In this document: positions 52,841 through 64,000 of the stretch, piece by piece
How positions within the stretch are numbered: position 1 is the stretch's first letter
How the letters are laid out: each line of letters starts with the position of its first letter
Assembly: GCF_009914755.1 (NCBI RefSeq)
Contig: NC_060941.1
Source: the human T2T-CHM13v2.0 reference genome, Homo sapiens
Reading direction: 5' to 3' (one strand)
DNA length: 64,000 nucleotides
Position numbers and translations under genes: made by a program
The notes under the pieces: model-generated
What the model was told of the DNA's origin: nothing
Databases searched by the model: none
Seen by the model: only the letters and a program-made list of their open reading frames with translations

Positions 52841-53529
52841 ATCTCCCAAAATTGCCGCATTGGGGATCTAAATTTCAATACGAGGTTTGAAGGGGACCTT
52901 TTTTCTGATCTGCTGTTGTAAAACCACAGCAGCTGTGGGGACAAGGGTAACTCTATTTCAGATGCTAATCCACCATGTGACTCCTGACTAACCTCGAATC
53001 TGGGAATGCCTCCAAGATGTCTAGTTGATGTATTATTCTTTATGTAGAAATCTCTGTTTACTGTAAGTTTTGCCTTCCCTCCTAATCAACCCTTGATGTT
53101 GTTGCACACATCATAGGCCATGACACCCTCAGCATTCTTTCAGCTATCTACACATTCCTTCCGGAGCATGTAGACTTCCCTCCCGATACATAAGCCATGG
53201 GTCTCAGGGGTTGCAGTACACAGATCTGCCTGTCTCGTGGCCATAGAAGACTACACTTCTGTGTGTAAGTTCCCTAATAAATCACCCTTTACTGACAAAC
53301 TGGATTTGTCTGCCTTGTTCTTTGGTTTCTTATCTCCTTCTGTGTTTGTGGGTCACTTTGCATTTACAGGGCTTTTAGGAAAGAACAACAGACCAGACAA
53401 AGATTATACCTCCTTGAACTAGTGAGAAAACTAAAGATCAGGAAGGCTATTGGATATACCCAATGTCAAAGTCCTTAATAGCAAAGCAGCAATCAGAGAG
53501 CCAGAAAATCTGTAAGCAAGAGATAGATC

Positions 53530-53990
53530 TGTAGTGGATTGAGTAGTGTTCCTCCAGGTACTGTCTACCAGATCCTCAGAATGTGACTTCGTTTGGAAAT
53601 GAAACGTCTTTGCAGATGTAACTAAGCTAAGGATCTCAAATGATGTCATACTGGACTTAAGGTGGGCCATAAGTCCCCTAACTGGCATCCTTGTGAAAGA
53701 AAGGAGAAGGAGATTTGAGACGAGACACAGAGGGAGATGCCTTGTGAAGATGGAGGCAGAGATTGGAGAGATGTGTCTGCATGACAAGGAACGCCAAATA
53801 TTGCTGGCACCCACCAGAAACTAGGAGAGAGGCACAGAACAGACCCTCCCTCACAGCCTCTAGAAAAAATACCCCCACCGACACCTTGATCTTGGACTGC
53901 AGGCCTCCAGAATTGTGAGAGAATAAGCTTCTGTTTGTTTGAAGCCACACAGTTTGTGGGATTTTGTTACAGCAGCCTTAGGAAGCTTCT
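53530..53990 (+). mobile_element. MLT1B/C LTR
   Basis: TGTAGTGGATTGA..GTCTTTGCAGATGTAAC..GAAGATGGAGGCAGAGATTGGAG..TTTGTTACAGCAGCC. Confidence 0.75.
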
Positions 53991-54457
53991 GTTGGGTTTA
54001 AATTTCAGAGCCATAACTTCTATTCCCAGTGACACCACAGGCCTTGAGAAGGGGATGGAGTCTCAGGCACTCTCACACCATGCTGACTGGACAGCAAATC
54101 TGTAAAGTCATTCTGTAGGGCAATCTGACTATATACATCAAATGTACGTTTTATTTTATCAGTAGCAACAATCGTAGGAGCCTCACTCAGATGTAACAGT
54201 AAAGGACCAAGGTCTGCAGGAATATTTAAGACACCATATTCTGAACCTAAGACCACTGCCCAGCCTTAGTGGACTTGTGATTTCTCTTCCCCCTAGTTTT
54301 ACATTTGGGGGGCCTGCTCTGCAACGTGGTCATTCTGAAATCGAGACCAAATCTTGTTCAGATGCGAGAGAAACAAAACAAAACTAGGTTCCACCCTTGG
54401 CTAACACTCACCCCACTCACCACAAAGGATGGTAGTGAAACTACAGAAGAAAACAGA

Positions 54458-56155
<1,698 letters not shown>

Positions 56156-56360
56156 CAATTTTGTTTATATGATTCTGATATCGTCCCATTTAACACATCA
56201 AAAAATGCACAAATACATACTTTAAAAACATTCTACAGTTCTTTGACTTTTAAAAAATATCTTTCAAAAATCTTTTTAAGAATGCTTGACATTGTATCTA
56301 CCCTCTTAACATGCAGACATGCACACGCAGGGTCATGCACACACACACTGGCTGGGACTG

Positions 56361-56913
56361 GCAGAAGGGGCCACTGTGGTGTGCCTGCAAGCCTAGGGGT
56401 GGGCCCAGGTGGCACCATGGCAGGGGCAGATCTTGGTGGTAGTAGTAAATATTCAAATGAGCGTTTTGAAGGCCAAAGTGGAGAAGGATTCCATGTGAAA
56501 AGCAGTTGAACATGGGTCAGTCGGTCCTGAGACAGGCGAGCATCATCCCAAAGGAGTAGGCATTGGCCTCAATCGCTGTCAGTGATAGAAAGGGAGTTGG
56601 GTTTGGATTCCCAAATCCAGAGTGGCGGAGATAGGAAACACCAAGTTGCCTTCTCCAGTGCTGTATCCTGGAGGAGCCGGCAGGAGCCCAGGGAGAGATC
56701 TCTTTTTCTTGTGAAGTGCAGGGCGTGCTAGAATAAATTCACAGTTCTGGAGACTTCTAGTGGCACTTGAGAATCCGGGGAAGGGGGTGCAAATCTCCGT
56801 GGCCCATATACCAGCAGGTCTCCCAGGTGAACAGCCTCTGGACAAAGTAGGTAAGGGAAGTCATCCAGCCAATCACTTACTTGGGAATAAAAATGGGCTC
56901 TAAGGGCTCGTCA
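56361..56913 (+). pseudogene. Decayed fragment of 28S (LSU) rRNA
   Basis: Colinear matches to 28S core segments: GCAGATCTTGGTGGTAGTAG.AAATATTCAAA, GCAGTTGAACATGGGTCAGTCGGTCCTGAGA, GCAGGTCTCC.AGGTGAACAGCCTCTGG, GTAGGTAAGGGAAGTC, GGCTCTAAGGGCT; many substitutions and deletions. Confidence 0.92.
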
Positions 56914-56928
56914 GGTACTCTTGACTGG

Positions 56929-57333
56929 TGAATATGGTTTGGATGTCTGTCCCCTCCAAATCACGTGTTGCAGTGTGATCTCCAGTGCTTAAGGTAGGAT
57001 CTGGTGGGAGGTTTTTGCGTCATGGGGGTAGATCTCTCATGAGTGGCTTGGTGCCCTTCCTGAACTGATGAGTGAGTTCTCACTCTATTAGTTCACATGA
57101 GAGCTGGTGGTTTAAGACAGCCTGTCATCTCTTGCTCTCTCTCTCACATGTGACACAGTGGCTCCCCTTTGCCTTTGGCCATGATTGGAAGCTCCCTGAG
57201 GCCTCACCAGAAGCAGGTGCTAGTGCCATGCTTCTTGTACATCCTGCAGAACTGTGAGCCAAATAACCCTCTTCAATATAAATTCCCCCAGCCTCAGGTA
57301 TTTCTTTATAGTGAAGCAATATGGACTAACACA
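56929..57333 (+). mobile_element. Solo MSTB-like LTR
   Basis: ATATGGTTTGGATGTCTGTCCCCTCCAAATC..GGACTAACACA. Confidence 0.8.
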
Positions 57334-58307
57334 CTAGATAAGGTGATTAACTTTCCCATCCTCACCCAGGATCCCCTGGACCTTAGATATCTCCAGCCTC
57401 CTGCCCCCAAGGAAGGGTGGATGTAGGGCCCTAGTGGGAGAAAGGGTCCTGCAGTGTCATGGGGTCGCTGGGTTCAGGGACTGTGGCTGTGGACAGGAGC
57501 TGGGCCTTTCCCATGGATAGCCCCAGCTGCTGTGGGCCTCGTGGCTGCCCAGGGAGCCCCAGTCTCCAGCAAAACCTCAGCCAAGGGAATGTGCTTGGAA
57601 GGATCTTGGGGAAAGACCCCAGAGACTGAGCGTGGTCTGGCCTGGTGAGGAGACAGAGGAGTCTGCTACTCCTGTGGTTTTCTCCAATGACCAGCAAGAG
57701 CATCCTGACCTCCAGGAATTTTCACCACCAGCTCTGGGGAGGTCCACTGGTGTCCCAAAGCAGGCCAGGGTTGACAGAACTTCCCCTGGAACAAAAGGGG
57801 GAAAGTGCACTTGATTTTCACTTTCAGGATGAACGGGAATGCAGGGCCTCTCCATCCTTCTAACTACGGGGATTTTACTCAGGTGACGTCAGACAAGTCA
57901 TACAGGGATCCAGGTGAAGTGCACATCCCCATTTAATGCAGAAATACACAAATTGAGTTCCGATCTCCTGCCTGTCAGCACGGCCCCTACTAACCCTGAG
58001 ACAGCATCCTCAGATTTTCAAAATGAAGGGAACTTCGCTGTCAGCAAACAGCTGTGGTACCCAGGTGCTCTGCCAAAGAAGCAACCAGGAACTTTAGAAC
58101 TGTGCTCTTCAAATGCCTGGCAACCCCTGCACTTTTCTCCGTGAGAGGTGATCAGCCAGGGTCAGAGTGGAAACGCTAAAGAAGAGCTCCCTGGGAGTGT
58201 GGGCACCACGATAAGTCTCATCCCCAGACACCTCTCCACAGCCACTTTGCCTGAATTGCCAAGTGAATGGCGGTGCTGCAAACACTTTTGCTTTTAGTAG
58301 GTCTTTA

Positions 58308-59610
58308 TGCAAGGAAATAAAAAATCTCAGGACCACTCAACTCCTTCTGCCAAAGGGAAAGTTAAGCCTGGAGGCTGAGTCACTGGCAACACCCTCTTCC
58401 AAATGAATTGCTGTTACTTCACAACCTTGTGTCAAAGCATTAGGCATTAGCTAGACCCCCATGGAAGGGCCTCAGGCATCTCCAGATGACAACCCCCACA
58501 AAGCACTCATAAGTAAACTCTTATGTCAATTGACTTGACTTACCGTCAATCAAGGAAAATAACCCAGGCAAGTCTCAATCATTTTGGGAGGCCTATTTGC
58601 CAAAGTTAAGGATGCACTCCCAGAGACAGGTCTATGCCTTTCTCTGAAGATAATTTTGGTGGCTTCAATATTTAAAGGGGAATGGGCGGAATATTGAGAA
58701 ATACACAACTTTCATGTGAGAGCGGGGTAGGGAAAAACAGTCATTCATGCCTTTGCCTGGCTCAGTGAATCTGAATTTTTACATGAGATGCCATAGACCA
58801 TAGGGCAGAGGAAACAGTAAGATATGCATTTGTCTCACATGGGCAGAAGCATGAATCTGAGCTCTGTCGTATGTCCCAGCACCTGTGAAGATAAGCTATC
58901 AATTTACATTGCCATGGTGAACTGCAAGAGAAACATTTTAGAGTAAAGATCTTGAGGCCCATAAGGATCTTTACCCTAAAATGTGAGGGAGGTATGTAGC
59001 TTTTCATCTTTGCAGCCATCTTATTTGTGACCCAAAATGGGAGGCAGGTTTGCATGCGCTGGTTCCCAGCTTGACTTTTCCCTCTGGCTGAGTGAGTTTG
59101 GGAGTCTCAATATTTATTTTCCTTTCACACACCTTTCAAGATGTCTTTCTTCCCATAAATAAGGACTTGAGATGTGCAATCCAAGTCCAGCTCCTAAAAC
59201 TAAAGTCTGTTGTTGCATTCCACGCTGACAATGTCCATTACAAGCTTATCTTCCGAGGGGCAGAACAAAGTCGGCATGAGATCAACCATTCCTTCCCCTA
59301 CCAAGAGACATCAGCATAATTGAGACCTCCTTTACTCCCCTCTTCCTTCAAACATTCACCTTATCTGATGTAAAATGTAGGTTTACTGGACACTAACTAA
59401 AGTCTCACAAGAATGTAACATTTGCCTTGCCACCTACCTGCCCCTTTTCCTACATGCATTCCCCCACTTTAAGGAAATTTATATGTACAGAAGCTCCTGA
59501 AAACTTCTCCACAAAAAAACAGCCACAGGTGCGTCTCTGGCTTGAGTTTTTCCTCAGATGTGCCCTCAAGCTCTAGCTTACTAAACCTCAAATCATTGAG
59601 CCTTGCCTCA
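58308..59610. mobile_element. ERV1 LTR (+) with nested MER4A-like LTR (~58545-59128, minus)
   Basis: MER4-group motifs GCCAAAGGGAAAGTTAAGC; inner GTCTCAATCATTT..TTTATTTTCCTTTCACA. Confidence 0.6.
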
Positions 59611-59710
59611 GTCACTCATTTAGGGTACCATTTATAAACATGTGTGATGAGGCCCCCAAGTACTCCCATTTTTGCTGGAGTGAGAACCTTCCCTCTCTCC
59701 TCACAGTGAT

Positions 59711-60763
<1,053 letters not shown>

Positions 60764-60867
60764 ATGTGACTGGAGGGAGGAGAGGGTCCTTGTTCTCAGG
60801 AAAACAAAATCAGTCTGTGGAGGGAGATCTGTCCTCCCCTGTGGCTACTCAGTGATTATAGCGCTGC

Positions 60868-61107
60868 ACAGTTGACCCTCGAACAACACAGGTTTGAACG
60901 GCATGAGTCCACTTACACGCAGCTCTTTTTCAACCGAATGAGGATGAAAAATACAGTATTCATGGGATGCAAAGCCCACATTTACAGAGTGTTGACTTTT
61001 CCTGCAAGGAGGTTTGGCAGGGCTGACTGTGGAAGTTGAGTATGTGGGGATCTGGTTATACGCCATTGGTCCTGGAACCAGTCCCCACATAGATCAAGGG
61101 ACGACTG
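60868..61107. mobile_element. MER8-like Tigger MITE
   Basis: TIRs CAGTTGACCCTCGA / TCAAGGGACGACTG; ~240 bp. Confidence 0.75.
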
Positions 61108-61129
61108 TATTTGATATTATTTAGGAAGC

Positions 61130-61523
61130 TTCTGAGCTCAGATTGGCCATTGGTTGAAAGAGTTATTATCAAAGTTCTAGAATCAATAGAAAGGAGTGTC
61201 TGTGTTACAATAAGAGGTGGTGGAGACCAAGGTTTTAGGCAGGCGAAGCCTCCACGTAGCAGGCTTCAGAGAGAATAGAGTGTTAATGTTTCTTGTCAGA
61301 CTTGAGAGTCTGTTCTGTCAATCTTAAGGCCTCTGTGTTGATGTTCATGCTGGTCAGCTGTGCCAGAATTCCAACAGGGAGAAGGGTATAATGAGGCACA
61401 CCTGATTCCCCCTTCTCATCATGGCCTGAACTGGTTTTGCAGGTTAACTTTGAAATGCCCTCGGCTAAGGGGAGGGGTCTGTACAGATGTTTGGGGGGCT
61501 TAGAATTTAATTTTTTGTTTACA
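61130..61523 (-). mobile_element. Partial MER4-family LTR
   Basis: Ends GGGGGCTTAGAATTTAATTTTTTGTTTACA, the reverse complement of the MER4 start. Confidence 0.7.
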
Positions 61524-61615
61524 GTGGTTTTCTGCAGCTCACCACTTAACATTAAATCTGTTTCCTCTGTTCCTAAATTGGCAAGCTGATCTTATCTATT
61601 CAAATGCAGAAAATC

Positions 61616-61908
<293 letters not shown>

Positions 61909-62456
61909 CAAATGCAGAAATTCTGAAGCCTGAAGTCCCTGTACAGTTGGAGCTTTTGATAAAACTTCAGGTTTCTTTAAAGGGCCTTCTTCAACACTCC
62001 ACCCCTAGGCTGTGTTCAAAACCGCAGCGTAACTGAGAAAACGGTGGCAGCCTGGGGTGAATGCAGTCCCTCCCTTTTCCTAATCCATGAAACTCCTCTA
62101 CATGAAAACCACTTGAAAGTTACAGACATGGAGGGAGGGACTTTATGTCTTCCTTGGGGGCAGCCAAGACAAAGAGGGATGCTAAGCAGATTATCTTGGT
62201 ATTAATCATTCAAATGCAGGAGTGGAGACTTCAGGACTCAGGCCTAGCAGGGGAAGGTTGTGGCTCATGAACCCCTGCTTACAGCCTGGCACCCTCCTAC
62301 TGCAACCGTGCTCTACGGACAGGTTTTCATCATTCATCCTCATGTTCCACAAGGTGTTCCAGAAATCCTCTGCCCCATTCCACACACCCACCGCAGTAGC
62401 CTGGTCAAGTGATTTCAAGTGGGTCCTCACCACTAAAAAGAGGAAGATGGACAAAC

Positions 62457-62853
62457 TTTTACTCGCGTCCTTGTGAAGAGCCCACCAAACAGGCTTTATG
62501 TGAGCAATAAAGCTTTTAATCACCTGGGTGCAGTCGGGCTGAGTCCGAAAAGAGAGTCAGCAAAGGGAGATAGGGGTGGGGCCGTTTTATAGGATTTGGG
62601 TAGGTAAAGGAAAATTAGTCAAAGGGGGTTGTTCTCTGGCTGGCAGGGGTGGGGGTCACAAGGTGCTCAGTGGGGGAGCTTTTGAGCCAGGATGAGCCAG
62701 GAGAAGGAATTTCGCAAGGTAATGTCATCAGTTAAGGCGGGAACAGGTCATTTTCATCTCTTTTGTGATTCTTCAGTTACTTCAGGCCATCTGGATGTAT
62801 ACGTGCAGGTCACAGGGGATATGATGGCTTAGCTTGAGCTCAGAGGCCTGACA
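62457..62853 (-). mobile_element. Solo HERV-H LTR (LTR7B/LTR7-type)
   Basis: Minus strand starts TGTCAGGCCTCTGAGCTCAAGCTAAGCCATCATATCCCCTGTGACCTGCACG; TATAAAA and ATTAAA present; 5-bp TSD CAAAC at 62452-62456 and 62854-62858. Confidence 0.92.
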
Positions 62854-63020
62854 CAAACATGAGTGAACGCCACAAATGGCACCTCCATATGAGGAACTGG
62901 GGCAAAAGGAATAGAGCGAGGGGGCTTTTGTTTGGCAAATTGTGCCTCTAAGACCCACTCTCAGGGTTGTATTAAAAAATGTAATCGATGTTTAAAAAGC
63001 TAACACAGAGCACAGGTATT

Positions 63021-63799
63021 TGAGGACTAAGCTCTGATTTTTTTCTTATCTTGCCCAAATTCCTATCTAAAGGGTCTGGAGAGTCATGCTCTACAAACCA
63101 TAAATTCTCATCAGATGAGTTTTATTTAACCCTATATATCGTGACTTACTTTCCAATCTGACTCTGGCATAACATCACATGACAAAACAGAAAATCAAAA
63201 TATTTTACCCCCAAACAAGTTTATTTGCCATACCTTGAAATGGCCCTGCAAAGCCATCCTTTGTGGGGGAGAAATTTGCATCTGTAAAGAATCTCTATTA
63301 ACATAGCTAGATCTTTTTGTTTCAGGCCCTCCCAGTTCTGAAGAGATTAGCTGAGAGTCTACCAGCTTTTTAAAGGTCAGAATGGGAAACATTTGTCATC
63401 TATTGTCTCTAAGGGCAGCCACTATGAGACATCAAAAGAACCTTGGTCTCCACAATCTTTTATCTTAACCTAAACATTTCCTTTCTATTAATCCCAGGTC
63501 TTTAGACAAACTCAACCAATTGTCAACCAGAAAATGTTTAAATTTACCTATAGCCTGGAACCCCACCCCCCTTCAAATTGTCCTCCGTTTCTGGACCAAA
63601 CCAATGTATTTCTCAAATGTATTTGATTGATGTCTCATGCATCTCTAAAATGTATAAAACCAGGCTTCTGCACCCCAGCCACTTTGGACACATGTTCTCA
63701 GGACCTCCTGAGGGCTGTGTCATGGGCCATGGTCACTCATATTTGGCTCAGAATAAATCTCTTCAAATATCTTACAGATTTTGACTCTTTTTGTCAACA
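63021..63799 (+). mobile_element. MER4B-like solo LTR
   Basis: TGAGGACTAAGCTCTGA..GTCAACA; TSD TATT at 63017-63020 and 63800-63803. Confidence 0.85.
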
Positions 63800-64000
63800 T
63801 ATTGTTCTGAGTGATTTTATTGTCCCCACATGAAACTCACAGAACCTCTGTGAGTTGGGCTCCATTGCCTTCCTCTTTGCATGTAGAGTGTGGGAATCTA
63901 AGACATGCCCTCAGCCCACAAATGATGGCCAGTGACAAGTAGGGGCTCAAATTCAAGTAGTCCAGTGCCAAAGAAACTTGATAACCCCTCTTAGGGTGTA

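Overview
Human (hominoid) genomic DNA. The only protein-coding gene is RNF112 (ZNF179/neurolastin, a RING finger plus atlastin/GBP-type GTPase). It lies on the + strand with 14 coding exons at 15438-20203, which I spliced by hand into an intact 631-aa ORF. From established knowledge this places the window at chr17p11.2. The left 22 kb is GC-richer gene and promoter sequence with old L1/L2/MIR fragments and Alus. The right ~42 kb is dense in nested retroelements. (i) An ancient minus-strand ERV whose protease, RT (YVDD), RNase H and integrase can be re-assembled across ~20 kb of later insertions. (ii) A two-LTR non-autonomous provirus with a PBS and a tRNA-Glu-like remnant. (iii) A full-length MST (MaLR) provirus carrying a full-length SVA. 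(iv) A near-intact RPS2 processed pseudogene with one 1-nt frameshift. (v) A decayed 28S rRNA fragment, a solo HERV-H LTR7-type LTR, several MER4-group LTRs and about 35 Alus. I found no evidence of a wholly new biological system. The best leads are a cryptic exon-like segment in RNF112 intron 2 resembling the rodent N-terminal insert, the GC-AG first intron, the reconstructable fossil ERV pol, and the RPS2 retrocopy. Repeat subfamily names are from memory of consensus sequences, and repeat ends without a TSD are approximate.
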